From positions 1 through 64,000 of the forward strand of contig NOWV01000254.1 in NCBI GenBank assembly GCA_003344405.1: 64,000 nt of DNA, read 5' to 3'. Every line of letters starts with the position of its first letter. Position 1 is the stretch's first letter. Below the pieces are notes generated by a model. The model saw only the letters and a list, made by a program, of their open reading frames with translations. It was not told where the DNA came from and did not search any database. Of the stretch, positions 1 through 14,877 are shown one piece after another. Source of the DNA: Trichoplax sp. H2 (Eukaryota). Position numbers and translations under genes: made by a program.

Positions 1-715
1 ATTAGCTAAGACGTACAATCATACATGCATACCTAAAATTTCATTATTATACTGTACACTTACATATGAGTACTGTATTATGCACTCGTAGATCTTTGCA
101 TGTTGCTACTGCAGCTGCATATCAGCTAAGACGTACAATCATACATGCATACCTAAAATTTCATTATTATACTGTACACTTACATATGAGTACTGTATTA
201 TGCACTCGTAGATCTTTGCATGTTGCTACTGCAGCTGCATATTAGCTAAGACGTACAATCATACATGCATAGCTAAAATTTCATTATTATACTGTACACT
301 TACATATGAGTACTGTATTATGCACTCGTAGATCTTTGCATGTTGCTACTGCAGCTGTATATGAGCTAAGACGTACAATCATGCATGCATACCTAAAATT
401 TCATTATTATACTGTACACTTACATATGAGTACTGTATTATGCACTCATAGATCTTTGCATGTTGCTACTGCAGCTGCATATTAGCTAAGACGTATAACG
501 TACAATCATACATGCATACCTAAAATTTCATTACTACACTGTACACTTACATATGAGTACTGTATTATGCACTCATAGATCTTTGCATGTTGCTACTGCA
601 GCTGCATATTAGCTAAGACGTACAATCATACATGCATAGCTAAAATTTCATTATTATGCTGTACAGCACATTTGCATACGAGTGACATGTATTCGTAGAT
701 CATTGCATATTTCTA
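1..715. repeat. 120-bp tandem repeat (about 6 copies, last one degenerating), probably intronic in GTPBP3
   Basis: Near-identical units start at 1, 121, 241, 361, 481 and 608 (ATTAGCTAAGACGTACAATCATACATGCAT...TGCAGCTGCAT). The unit at 481 carries a 7-bp insertion. The array is cut by the window start. Confidence 0.95.
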
Positions 716-922
716 CTACTGTACGTACACTCACACATTTGGGTAGTACAATTGCAGATGCGATTGATCACCATATTATGCCAGTGCATCACCACTATAA
801 GTAGTCAAAGCGTATGCAATGGACTAACAGCTACAACTAAACCAAACACTTTATTACACTTTAACATTGTTATAACAGCGATATTAAATAACCATACTGT
901 AAATGCCTTTTATCGTACCTAG

Positions 923-3864
923 GTGTTGCTGTTATAAGAGTAACAGGACCTGAGACTTCTGAGGTAAACCAAAAATTTTTCATGCTATGAAGTATTGTGA
1001 GTGTTGGCTCCACATGCTCACTTGCAATTTACAGTAATTTATTATGCAATAACTACATTATTGTAGACTAGCTCATAGACAAGCTAACCTTAACAAAAAT
1101 ATGGTACATGCTTGTAATTTAATAGCGCAGGAATAAGACATCAAGTCTATGCACTCTAATATACTTTGCATACACTTTGTAATAATATCGTCCAACTACT
1201 GTACTATTGCTAGGCTGTCAAATTGATGACGAAATCCGATAATCTACCAAAACCCAGATATGCATCCTTACGCAAAATTTATCAACCTTCAACAGGAGAT
1301 CTTGTTGATAAAGGCTTAATTTTATGGTTTCCAGGTCGAAAATCTTGTATTTTGATGTTACGATGAGACTGTTCTACAATCATAATACATTTCAAATCAA
1401 TCATTTATAATGTCGGTAATTATAGTTTCAAATTAATTTATTATTTTCAGGGCCTAATAGCTTTACTGGTGAAGATCTTGCAGAATTTCAGGTTCATGGT
1501 GGTTCAGCTGTTGTCGAGGGCATTTTAACTTCTCTGTCAGAGATTGATGGTTTATATCCTGCAATGGCTGGCGATTTTACTCGAAGGTTGATGACACAGC
1601 CATTTAACAGCCATTTAAATTAAGTTACAGAAACTTGGTTAGGGTTGTTGGCATCTAATATTTCTATTTTAACTCATCAAATGAAACGATTAGAGCTTTT
1701 GAAAATGAAAAGTTAGATTTGACTGAAGTAGAAGGATTAGCCGATCTAATTCATGCACAAACAGAAGCACAAAGAAAGCAAGCACTTAGACAAATGGATG
1801 TAAGACTCTTTCCTTAATGTTATTTATTTGATTCTATTACGTATAAGCCTTACCTTTTTCCAGGGTCATTTGAGTCAATTATATAAGATATGGAGTAAAA
1901 CTCTTTTGAAGGTAACATTAACCGTAGTGGCTTGTTGACGAAAAAACGGATATTCACGTTATTTAGCTAAGCTCAATCAATATGAAACTAACGTACTGAT
2001 CATTCAGTAAAAGAAATTTTAACATTCGTAGAGTGTCGCTGATATTGAAGCTACCATTGACTTTTCTGAAGACGTAATAGAAGATGGTATATTGACTAAT
2101 GGTATGAAAGTCATAATTCTTATCCTATGTATGCATTTGCTACTTTATACAATTTATCAAACCCAAGTTAAGAATTAGCTTTACAGAGAATCAGTATGAT
2201 CTACTGCTCCTATGACCCAATCAAAGTACAGCTTGTACGCTGAGATAATTAATGCTTGATTTCTTTATCGGATTGATCTAGTAAACATATCAAACTTTAT
2301 TAATAGTAAAAAATTCCGTCAATAAACTTGCTAAAGAAGTTCGGAATCACTTAGAGGATGGAAGAAGAGGAGAAAAGCTCCGGTCAGGAGTTAATGTTGT
2401 TATAGCTGGTCCCCCAAATGTTGGTAAAAGTAGCCTGCTTAATTTACTTTGTAAGTACAGTAGCAGACGATCATGGAGTATAGAAATATATATGTGCCAC
2501 CACTATACTCGTACTGTATACGGTTACTTGCATAAATTAAAATGAAGTTGAGAAGATTCATTTTCGTCTATGCTAGGTCAAAGGCCGGCAGCTATCGTGT
2601 CTCCACTTGAAGGTACCACTAGGGATGTTGTCGAAACTGCAGTTAATATTGGCGGTTATCCGGTATTATTTAGGTAATTAGATCGCATTTTGTGGGCATT
2701 TACTACCTTATCTGCATATCAATAAACTTATAACACCATCTACAGCGATACGGCTGGCATCCGTCAATCGATTGACCCTGTTGAGAAGGAAGGAATAAAA
2801 CGCGCTAAATCTAAGTACGTTATTTACTTCTGTTGTAGATAAATTCTTGTTTTAGTGATCACTATAATCATGCTCTTTTAACTATGTTCTTGAATTTACT
2901 AGAATTTCCGCTGCAGATTTTGTTTTAATCGTTCACGATCTTTCAAAGTATAAACACGTTGATATCGATGGCTTGCTAGAATCACCCTTGAGGATGCTAA
3001 ACACAAATGTAGACGAAAGCACAAGTGCAGATTTCGATGAAAATATCGAATATCTAATGATTTTAAACAAGGCCGATTTAATAACAAATAATTTAGCAGT
3101 ACAGATGAAAGAAGCATTCAATACTAAAGGGGTATTTTCTATAAGCAAAATTTTATTTTTATCATATCGACTGTACATCATATAGTAAATATGTTGTTAA
3201 CATCTTTGATATAAAGCAATGAATGATCAGTTAATTTTAACACTAGGTTTATCGTAATAGGTAAATGCTTGTATAATTTCTTGTGAAACTGGCGACGGAA
3301 TTGAGGATTTCATAAATATCTTATCTCAAAAAATGAAAGACATGTACGATGTTTTAATTTTTAGATTATCTCCTTAAAAATATGGTATTTAGTTACCGTG
3401 AGATACCTAATTACACATGCCTTTGTATAACAGTTGTGGAGATCCAGTAGTTGGTAACCCTTCCATAACTCAGGCTCGTCATAGATTTCATCTAAGGGAA
3501 GCGCTAAATTCGCTGGAAATTTACTTAAGGATGGCTCACGACGGTTTTGGTAAATTCAAATAGTAAAAAGATTTATTGTAACAATACATCCGAGCATATT
3601 ATATCTGCAACAGTTTGAAAGCTAGTGTGCATGTCATTTGTGTCACAAAACTAATATTCTCAGTCTTTCGATTTGATTAAAGTCCTAAATGCCGTATAAC
3701 TTCTAAAACTACTGCCGTATGTTGCTATTGTAGAAGATCATGATCTAGTGCTAGGTGCTGAAGAACTAAGAATTGCATTAAGAGAACTTGGTCGTATTAC
3801 TGGGAATATCGGAACAGAAGATATATTAGATGTTATTTTCCGAGATTTTTGTATCGGAAAATAA
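923..3864 (+). CDS. GTPBP3: tRNA modification GTPase MnmE/TrmE, mitochondrial (multi-exon, 5' exon(s) upstream of window)
   Basis: Spliced exons give [10 protein letters not shown] (923), [50 protein letters not shown]1 [13 protein letters not shown]2 GTTRD, G3 DTAG, G4 NKAD, and the C-terminal [13 protein letters not shown] signature (TAA 3862-3864). Confidence 0.95.
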
Positions 3865-4437
3865 ATTGTCATTGATAAGCAATGTCGGGCTATTTTAAAA
3901 TTTAGCAGTTTTAACGTTGCAATCTCTATCTACTCAGAAATTCATTGACACTAAGAAAACTTGATCGTATGACTGGAATAGCGAAGCAAAAAGATGTACT
4001 AGATCTTATTTTTAAAGATATTTGCATTGAGAAAATAATCTGTCTCAGATAGGCAGTACCGGAGAGTCTGGATTGCTCATTTTAGAAATTTTTAATATTA
4101 CAAATCTCTACCTCTTCAGCGAGTTAATTCGCATTAAAATCATTCTCAATAGTACATCATACAATATTGATTTTAAGTTTGTAAACAATAATTTATTTTT
4201 TAGTATAATATGAAGAAGATGAATAAAATAAAAATGATGTGTGTGAAAATCTTTCATAGTAGCAGACGTCAGGATCACATGTTAAATTTTCAATTCAAAG
4301 CTTTGGAGTAGAAGTTATACCATCACGTAATCTCCAGTAAACTTCATTTCTACTATCATAAGGATAATTTATTTATCTTAGGTACTATGTGGCAAAAAGC
4401 AACTTTCTCGTTAGTATAAGGGTTATAATCTATCAAG

Positions 4438-7017
4438 CTAAGCTTTCGCTTTAAAATTATTTTTTTCTTCGCGAAGGTATCCCATAGCTTCGATTCCGCT
4501 CTTCTTTCCGGTATGCTTTCTTACATTATTAGTGCTAATTTCAAATACATACGATTAATAGATTAGTCTCGTAAATCAAACAACTAATTCTGCTCGAGTA
4601 AACTTATTATTCATAATATAATGAACTAATAAATTCACAGCGATTAATTATAGTTTATTTATATGACATCAGCCTATCTCATACGAACTAGTTAATCAAA
4701 TCTGTTATCTCTTACTTGACTCTCATAAAAGGATTATAAGACAATTCCTCCGCTATTGTTGAAGGGACAGTTACTAATCTGTTCGCACGTTGTTTCTAAC
4801 CATTCGATTAGATTTATTAAGTCAAAGACAAGCATGTAAAGAGTAATATCAATGATGAACTATTACCATCCGGATAAGAAGAAAAATCTTACCTTAACCC
4901 ATTCTAATTTCTTCTGAATGTCTACATTATCGGGTTCTACATGGATTGCAAATATTAAATTGCTAGCACTGTATTCATGTCCACAGTAAACCCTCTAATT
5001 AAATTAGAAACTAAAGGTTATTTCACCCAAAATAGTATATTACATTATTCATCAAAACTATAAGCCATAAAAAGTCAATTTTCAATTAACGTACAGTCGA
5101 GGAAGGTAATTTTCCTAAAATATTACAAAGAGCATTATACATCTGAGCTGGTGTTCCTTCAAAAAAGCGGCCACATCCTCCTAGAAAGAGTGTATCTCCT
5201 AAAAATATAAATCAGCAGATGTTATGCTTTTCGATTCATTTCAGAAAGTACTACTACAATTTTTAATCTTAATAGTTTTCAACCTGTAAATACAACTGCA
5301 GATTCTTGACTGTTAGGATCAGATACAAAATAGCAAATATGACCAGAGGTGTGACATGGCGTTGCTAACGATTTGATGACAAGAGAGCCAATCTGTAAGA
5401 TGGGAGGAAATTTGTCAGATCACGCTATTAAAAATACCATGCTAATAGTTATCAAACAAGCTTACATTAAATTCTTCACCGCCGGAAAGTTTTTCAGTCA
5501 AAGAACCGATTCTTTCATCACCCCCGTAAACCTTCAATTTCTTAGAAACCATGCCGACTAGTTTATCATTACCTCCGGCATGATCCCTACATTAATAAGA
5601 TTACTCTAATTAATAAATCACATACTTACGGACATTGTTAAGTTTTATAACATAATTATGATCACAAATTCCAAGTTGATCGCACACATTAGACGAGAAT
5701 ACTGTTATTATAGCTGATTTAGCGTCGACAGTAGGCATACAGTTGCTCTTACCAATGATGATGAGTGGTTATTACTGTAGTTAAATCGACCTTCCTGTTA
5801 TTAACTGCAGCTAAGACCTGTCCAAAAAAGGAGAAATGCCCAAATTAGGTTGCGCTATACCATTGCCTACTATTAGTCCTTCCTTCCTACTACAGAGCAG
5901 TAGGCTCATTTTATCGTAAATTGCAGTTATAGTGTCTGGCCAATAATAATCGCTGAATACTAATACAGTCAGCGTGTTGCAGTACTTACTCTTCATATAG
6001 AGTAACATAGGCATAAAGCGATGAATCAGATCAGCGGATTCGTAACAAACGTTAATTAATTATCTGCGTCTTAGACCCGATCTTTAGGGTTCAGAAGTGA
6101 TGATGGACTAAATAAATAGCTAAAGTTCAAGCCTAATTCATCTATTTCATCTACTATTAAGTGTGCTAATTGTCAGTGTATTTCTACTGTAGGATTGCAC
6201 TTAATATAGCATTATATATAAACAATTAAAACATGAAGTGGTCTAATCATTAGTGATTAAGAATTGGTAAGTACCAAATAATAGCTAAAGAACAATCATT
6301 AATTTATGTATTTCATCTACTATTAAGTATATTAAGCGTATTGCACTGTAATACTACACTTTTAACAGCGCAATATAAATGTGACCCGATGAATTCTTCT
6401 AGCGATACGTATCAAATATCATTTGTATCTTAGACCTGATCTTTAATGATTAAGACATGGTTCTATACGCATACTCGATCGTTAACTAATAACTAGGGAT
6501 CAATCTTAATGTATTCACTACGTGTAATAATTCTATCATAATTGCGGCTTGATTCAGTCACAACAAATGACAGTCTACTGCATACGATGTTAACTGAGAG
6601 AATTTAACTTATGGCATTACTTTTTCCGGTTCGACTGGATCAACAATAGCAGCTTGATTGGTTTTGGGATCGGTTAACAGATACATATAATTATCCTGTA
6701 AGGCTGGAATGACATCAATCTTCATTTCTTTCGCTGATTGATTACTATACCAAGAAGGGAAAGAGACAATTTTCTGTGTTGGACTTTTAGCGAGGCAAGA
6801 AAGAGGGAAAGCTCTTCTAAAAACGCTTGTCACTGCATGAAGAAAAGAATTGGTTATGCAATGGAAGATAGCATTGGCAAAAGCCATTGCCATTTTTCCT
6901 TTCCATCAAACTTAACGACATCACTTGTATAATTTACCTCGTCGACAACTAATTTTACACCAATCCAAAATGATAAGATGGCTATAAAATCAATTTACCT
7001 GGCACAATGCTGAACAT
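4438..7017 (-). CDS. HAGH: Hydroxyacylglutathione hydrolase (glyoxalase II), multi-exon, with N-terminal presequence
   Basis: [17 protein letters not shown] from ATG 6725; metallo-beta-lactamase motif THHHW|DHAGGN split by an intron; [51 protein letters not shown] at 4440-4438. Short first exon 7017-6999 (MFSIVP) inferred from a GT-AG intron 6998-6833. Confidence 0.93.
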
Positions 7018-9079
7018 TCAAGGAAAGATTGAGTAAAGTAGTCGAACGTTTATTCTTCAGTAGGGTTTACGCCCTCAATTTCAAGGTAACTAAGCACCGG
7101 TGCACCGGTAGTATCCAACCAGAGCTCTCTGACCTCTGATGGATTTGTTGTGTACATTGTCGTGACATTGTACTATACTACACTACTTGCAATACGAGTA
7201 CGCAACCATACATGAAATAGCATAAGGGTAGCCACCAACATAACATGAGCAGGCGGCAGTATATTACATCGTGCAAACTGTGCAGTAGAATGCACGATAC
7301 TCGACTGATTTTAAGAAATATGGACAGTGGATTTTAGATTGGAGTAGGATTAGGCGAGTTGATTTTATTTACGATTTGCGAACGAATAAAAATGGAAATT
7401 GCAAAACACCACAGCATACCCTTACAGTACTGCCCAACACACAATTTAGACACCATCGTCTTCACCAGGATCTTACATGTATGCGAATGGACGGTGGACC
7501 ATGGACAGATGGACGACTCGCCCTATCCTATACAACTTCTACTAGGCAGTGATTGGACTACGAGATAGATACGCGTATATACCATATACCATGGGCTATT
7601 CGATATATGAATTATTGCATTAGCTATTAGAGATACTAATGATACCATGGCCTATTAGATATACTTAATTATACCATGGACTACTACGGTAGGTAGATAT
7701 CCAGAAGCATCTAGTTATCCATAATAAGTGGATACTGGACAAGTTCATAAGTAAAAAATATCATAGAGATTTAGCACGATTTATTTGGAGTTTTTATCTA
7801 TATATTTACTACTAATAACAAAATTCCCCTAATACTAGAATAATAATAAAATGAAGAAGAATGAAAACTAGCGAAATCCGTGAAAATTCTACGGAAAAGT
7901 GCAATTTTAAGTTAATAGAGTACTAGTAGCGCGACATACGTACAATCGCATGAATACGATTTGATTGACGATATTTCTTATGGACTTGAGTAGTTCTGGT
8001 GTCCTTTACATGTCATAATCTGTGTATATCCGGAGATGATATAATCATCTCAAAGATTTTCCCACACTTTCCTGAAACTGTCCTGCCCTGTACTTGTGAT
8101 GTAAATGTGATGTTTTAATCTGCAGACACGATGATTATTGTGAAAAAATCTTTTAACAACGGCATTGCTAAGGATTACTAGATTGACCTCTACCGCCTTT
8201 TTTTCAAAGCTAAATTACTCATTTATTCATTCCATTATATTTATTACTATTGTATAATAATATTGCACTCGTACAAACTGAATGTATACCACAATAGTAC
8301 TCTTTAATGCACAAGATAATACCCTTAAATACCAAATAGCAAGCAGTTTGTGTCAGTAAAAAGTAATTTTTATTCTTATGAACGCGCAAAGGTCTACAAG
8401 TAAGCAGAATTGCACATGTACAAAAGTTCATATTGTCTGTTATATTCTGATAATCCCAGTAAATACTAGTAAAATAATGATATATACACAATCTTCTAGT
8501 AAATTGGCTGTTTACACGTTGTAGTTAAATGACCATTTGTGCTTACATATATGCATACGTATTTTGAGTCTTTGATATCAAGCGTCATCATTTTCTTCGG
8601 ATATGAAATAATTTTTAATCTACATTATTATCACATTAACCTCGTCTCAATACATATACAAATACATTGGCTGTACTAGTGAACTTGAACTAGTTAATTT
8701 AAGTAAAAGAATTTACAGTATAATTCACAATTACCTACAGCATAAACCGTTACCTTTCATCGTGGTCCGCGATTATACTATATTTTCCAAATACTCTAAA
8801 CTTTTATGTAATAGTGGTGTGCACATAAGATAAGTTTTGTAATATTTAGAATCTAAACCATCTAACTTAGGCAATTAATTATAAATAAATTCGGGAAGAC
8901 CAATATGATATATGAGAAATAAAATCAAAAACTTATTATGGATTTGCTCATATACATATGAAATGCTTGTGATATAATACAAATTTACAGTCAAAAAATC
9001 AATGATTGAAAATACATCGTAATCTAAATACTTTCTAATAATCACATTACAATAGGTTAGTTTTATATTTAATATCAGG

Positions 9080-12000
9080 TTATGCTGTCAACTTTTTATA
9101 TTCCCTTAAACTTGTCAGAAATATCTTTTTAGTCTGTTCCATCATTTGATGATAGAGTTTCAAATCTTCATCCTTTCCTTTAGATATAGAGCGAATTGTT
9201 TCTCTTAGTGCAGTATTTTCATCTCTCTGAATTTCTAACCTAAAATAAATTATAGAATTTGACATCATATATGCGTATAAGCAGGAAGGCAACGGATATA
9301 AATCATGATCGCATGTGTTAGCTAAGCTGTTTATGAAAAAGACAATTTATGTAGTAGTGGTAGTATGGTCTTTAGCAATGATTCAATTAGCATTAACTAA
9401 TCGATTGTAATATAAATATACCAACGTGTGAAAGTATCAATTCTGTGCTAGTTTGCAAAGGTTTATTTATTTAAGTTTATAATTACTTGGAATTTAACTC
9501 TTCGATTTTAGTCTCGAAATCAGTTGTAGATGATTGGCGCTGCGCTTTCTTCCTTGTATCACTCGATTTTAAACCCTGTTGCTGATTAAGTCGACGAGTT
9601 TTGTCTAATTCCTTTTCAAGTAAGGCGTTCTGCCGTCGTTGATCTTGAAATTGATTTCCAATCTCGATATTTTTATTGGTCAGCTCATTAATCCTGAAAT
9701 ATCCACACCACATATAATATGACTAAGCGATATCAATTTCCAAAACAAGAAAAACTTGGATACTGAACTTCTGTATAACAATCGTAGCGTGGTTATGTTA
9801 ACAGACAAATTTTTCAATCAATATTAAGAAATAAATCATAAAGTGCAGTAACTCAAACCATAATGGCTCATTCAACAATTAGCCCTACACCTTTTGATAT
9901 TAAATCTATCACATTTCCGATCAATCTTAAATTTGAAGGAAATTTTGTAAAAGTTGAGGTAAACATGTGCTGCATTACCGAATAGTATCGTTTTTATAAA
10001 CACATACAAACTGTCCATGCCTATCTAATCTAATTGTAGCCTAATCCAAATATTACTAGTCCTGATAAATAATGGGTGAAAGTATAAATTAAGTAAGCAG
10101 TATTTCACCTATCTTGCAATATTTTAACCAGTTCAGTCAATCTATCCCTTTCGATGGAAGTTGTTTGTGCTAATGCTTTATGCTCTTGTAATTGCATGTA
10201 AAGATTTGAAGTATCTTTCCTAAAGATGAATCAATAACTTTACAATTCAATCTCTGTTTAATTTCTACAAAACTAAATTCAAAAGATAATTCATATTTAT
10301 ATATTCATTAACATATTATAATCTAAGATATTCTATAAAGCAACCGGGTAATTTCAGTAATAAATCCGGGTGAAATTTAACATTTTAAATCTTTAGCTTA
10401 TTTCACTAAAATTGACACAATCAAACATTTTATTCACGATTTATGTACTCATTAATATATTTCAATCTGAGATGCTCTATAAATCAACAGGGCAATTTTT
10501 AGCAATAAATCCAAAAAAGATTTAATTACCTTGTTCCAGCTGAAACTGGTAATTTTGACCGACCCTGAGATTGATTTGATTTTGGAGAATACAATCGACT
10601 ATCAGGTCGACTATGCTCACTATTAATCGAATCGGATCTTGGTCGTGGAGGAGGAGGTGTAGGCAAAATTCCACTTGGAATGTCACTATTATTGCTGCTA
10701 CTGCTAAATGTTCTCATTTTCCCACTTATTGCTAAACACATGTTTAAGAAAGAATCAATTCATTTACATTTTATAACAATGCTACCGATTATCGTGCAAC
10801 AATACTAATGTGAGGATGCAAGAGCTAAAAAGATAAATAATAGCGTTAAAGCAATAATTTACGTTTAGGATTGTTATCTGGTTGATCGGAATTTCGTCTT
10901 AATTTTTCAATGGTACTTTCTAATGCCTTAATGCGCTCATCTTTGTTATGACACTTTGCTTTTAGTTGTGACGTTAGCTGATGGAGATCTTCTAATTCTT
11001 TTCCACGGATTTTAGATTCTGATGTCTTATGCTCTTTTAAATTATTATTTTCTTTCTATGATAAAAGGATAGAAAAGTATAAGTCTGCTTTAAAATTGAA
11101 TGTGGACAAAAAGCTTTATACTGTTACTAGAAAGTACTTTCTATATATTTCGGATAATAATCACGCCACATAAATACTACAAATAATTTCTATGATTTAT
11201 AAATCATGCGTTTACATCCAGTTATATCAATTAATGGTATAAAAGGCTTGATGAATAAGACCGTGCAATTAAGTATTTAATTACCTAACGGTAAAGGTAC
11301 CGGTATACAGTACAGTAGGTAAATTATACATTTCATAAAGTTCATATCTCTACACATATATGAAAATTAAGTGCTAGTACAGCATCCTAAGTGTGCCATA
11401 TAATCAAACAACAATTTTCAAAGTAGGTTATCGTACGGTAAGTTCTATCCAATCTTTAATCTATACAAACCAGCAAAACTTCGATAAATTCATCGTCATG
11501 TTTGCCTTTCTCTAACAGTGTTCCCATCTGCGCTTTAGTTCCTTTTAATTCTTCACTTAATATCTTATTTCTAGCTCTTACGCCCTCGTATTTTTGTTGC
11601 ATTTGCTTATAGCTTTCTTCTAATTTTTCCAATTCTATTGTAGCTTTCTAGTCATAAAATTACGATAAAACTTTAGCAAAGAAATGGATGCATTACATTT
11701 ATTTGAAAATATTAATATGATCATTCAGATAAATGCATAATTAAGAGACTACTTCTTGGTTTTCTTTCCGTTGTTTTTCAATTTTCTTTATCGTAGATTG
11801 ATGCTTAGCATCAATCCCGACTGGAAAGGCATTTATAGCAATGGAAGTTGCACCAGATCTTCTGCCTATGGTTCCGTTTTTATTCATTTCAGCAATTTGC
11901 TGTTTCAAATCAGTAACCTGATTATGTAATGAATAAATGAAATCACTAATGAGCCCTCTCAAGCAATACCGAAGTTAATTATTTTATTGATGAGCTAAAA

Positions 12001-14208
12001 TCAAGGTTCAATTTTTATTGATAGAGTAATTAATAAATCGACTGATATAACCGGATATTACTTGTTCCTGTATTAACTGTAGCATAACTCTAGCTAATTT
12101 TCTAATTCTGGATGCATGCTATCTATGATGCCAATAAGGCCTTAATCCCATCTTCTCAGTAAATTACTACATGACCAGCTAAAATAATCTAAAATATCCA
12201 TCTACTCGTATATCCTATTTCGCAAACCTTGTCTTGTAATGATATAATTTGTTGTTGCCTGCCTCTCCAATTGCTTGATCGATTTAGTAGATTGTTAATA
12301 TTTACATTATCACCAAGTTCGCCAATAAGTATCTATACGTACAATCGTAAGCGATTTTTAATATCGTTAGTAAGATCTTTAATAGAAAATTTAAAAATAT
12401 ATATAAAGTACAGTATTTATCGCAGCTTCTTCAGTAGTTCAATGAATCATGAATTAACTTGAAATTTAGTTATTCTGCATGACTCATTTTTCGGCTACGG
12501 TATACTTACAGGACAATTGATACGTTATAAAGCATCAAATTTAAGAACGTTGTGTACCTTGTGCATAGTTTTTAATTCTTGCTTTTGCGATTGGCATTGG
12601 GACCGGTATTCGTTTAATTTTGTTGAAGTACGGGCTAATTTCTCCTTAGTCACTTCTAACTCTTCTTGTGTATTCTAGAATGTGGATAAAATCAGCAAGA
12701 GTTACGTAGTTAAAATAAGCTAGTTACTATCGTAGCAAAATCAATGAATCCAATATCACAAATACCTCATTATCCCCATCGTTCTTATTTTTAAAATCGT
12801 TTGGAAAATCCAGATTTACTTTTTTTAATTGATCTAATTCACGATTAAGTTCAGCGAATTTTCTAGCTAGTTCTTTGGATTGCGTTTTTTCGATTCCAAT
12901 TTGTGATGAAAGCTCCCGATTTTTTTTCGAGAGTTCGACAATTCGACTGGCTGCAGTATCACTGCCAGCACCTCGACCTTTTATTAATATACAGCATCAT
13001 AAAATGTGAATGCTATCGAAAAATATAAGCTTTTTCTGCTTATTTATCTACTTGTATACTTAGCTAGTACATTACATATAATGATATGGGCATGCTATTT
13101 TATTGATATAAATTAATAAGCTACAAGTTGTAATGTTATTATATTTGGCAGGGGAAGTCATGAATATACCTGCTAATGCATATTTGCTATTTTCTAGGTT
13201 CTTTCGTAATACATTTAGTTCCCCATCTTTCTCCCTTACTAATTTTCTAAATCGACTATTCTCGTCTTTAAGTTCCTATTACACGTACAAGGTATTTTTA
13301 GCTTTGCTATTACATGGTATTGATATCGTTAGTACAGTAATTAAATAATATAGCATTGATCAATTTTCAAATAAAAACTAAGAAATCATGTCAACAAATC
13401 AAAATTTAAGCATCGGCCTTAAAGACCATATAGTTAGATTGAATCATGATCTAGATTTAAAATATTTATCAAATCATAATAAAACTCTCAGAAGAACATA
13501 CACGGATTATTTCTTTTAATTCAGCAATTTCATCGTCATTCGTAGACTCGACCGTTCTATCATCATCGTTCTCTTCATCAGTAACTTCCAACTAGATTAA
13601 GGATTGTGATGGGTGAATTAGTGTTTAATAATTATCAAGCGTGTATTCTTTAAGGATGTATGATTTGATTATTGTGTAGGTATATAGTCTGTGTCAATTG
13701 TTTACAACATGCTGCGGAATCGATAATTTCAGCATATCAGAGGCATATAACACGTAACTAAAATTGTAGTCGTGCTATTAATGAAGCACACTCAACTTAT
13801 AAAATTGAATCAATCATCTAATCGAATTTTTGTGTGTATAGTGAATAACGTTATTAAAATTTATGTTCTGTATACGTATAGAGGTAATCAGCAAGTAGTG
13901 GTATCCTAGTATAAACATTACGAATTGTGTTGAAGATGCTGCCTATTAGTATGCTAGGCTATCATAATAAAGTTTTAACTAGTAATATTAACCTTTAGAT
14001 TTAAATTTTCTTCTGGCATCCATGATAATTGGCCGTTAATCTGATTTGAATTTTTATCGTTACTCTGCCGTTTATTGGTTTCTTCTTGACTGGCTGTAAT
14101 ACTTTCGTTGGTTTTTCTTTGTTGTAAACGTAATAATCGTTGTTGCTGCTTCTCTTGCAATATTTGATATTGCAACCTTAATGAATTCTGATCTGAGTTT
14201 GTAGCCAT
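9080..14208 (-). CDS. CCDC13: Coiled-coil domain-containing protein 13 (centriolar satellite/ciliary), multi-exon
   Basis: N-terminus MATNSDQNSLRLQYQILQEKQQQRL; internal DENSRLEKLVREKDGEL, ASRIVELSKKNREL, WRGRQQQIISLQDK, KHDDEFIE; C-terminus RLEIQRDENTALRE...GKDEDLKLYHQMMEQTKKIFLTSLR. These are recognised CCDC13-family blocks in the expected order. Confidence 0.88.
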
Positions 14209-14863
14209 TGAAATTTGGTTGATGAAATGAATTGTGGTATTTCTTGCAATGGTTATTATTCAATTACTATAGAAGATGTTGTAATAATAATTTTACACCA
14301 CTAATGTATCAAGTTCTTGCTTGTATTAATTATCGTTTCGTTGGCGTAATGTTCTTCATTTCACACCTGTTACTTTGATCTATGTCTATCTTGGAGTGCA
14401 TTTGTATGCCTATCTCGTCACTGGTAGATGAACTTCCTAATCACCGTTACAGCTTTGTAGTTTTTAAATCAAATAGCATCGCCCATTTCAATTTTCAATA
14501 ACTCCTTGTACGATTAATACCGTTAGTGATGATTGAAGCAATACACATATACGTCTTGAAGTACTACGCTATCGAGCAACCTACATCAATGCAGCCATTG
14601 CCTAAATTGCGCAAAATGGATATCATCCTATGTATCAGCCAAGCCCCAACTATTGTACCGTCTAATGCGTTGAAAGGCAGTAATTTTATTTTATGGAAAT
14701 TACAGTAGTCTATAGTCAATGATATCCATTTTCCTATGTGAATAGGTTTAGATCAAGACATTACTCTATAGTCAATGAGATCCATTTTAGTATGTTAATA
14801 GGTTTCTATCATGATATCACAGTAGTACCGCGGTAGTCTGATGGTGGCTGCAAGCCGAGGACT

Positions 14864-14877
14864 GTTTCCATGGCATC
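14864..14877. promoter_or_regulatory. Putative RFX X-box upstream of CCDC13
   Basis: GTTTCCATGGCATC, one mismatch from the X-box GTTTCCATGGCAAC, about 650 bp upstream of the ATG of a ciliary gene. Confidence 0.5.

Noticed and set aside
1..715. Possible CRISPR-like array
   Set aside because: Whole 120-bp units are repeated with no unique spacers; eukaryotic context and no cas genes.
7096..7109. Perfect 14-bp palindrome ACCGGTGCACCGGT upstream of HAGH (another, CTGATTGCAATCAG, at 28917-28930)
   Set aside because: A few palindromes of this length are expected by chance in 64 kb; no supporting context.
7480..7700. Recurrent ACCATGG.CTA short repeats
   Set aside because: Short degenerate local duplications like many others in the introns here; no regular period or structure.
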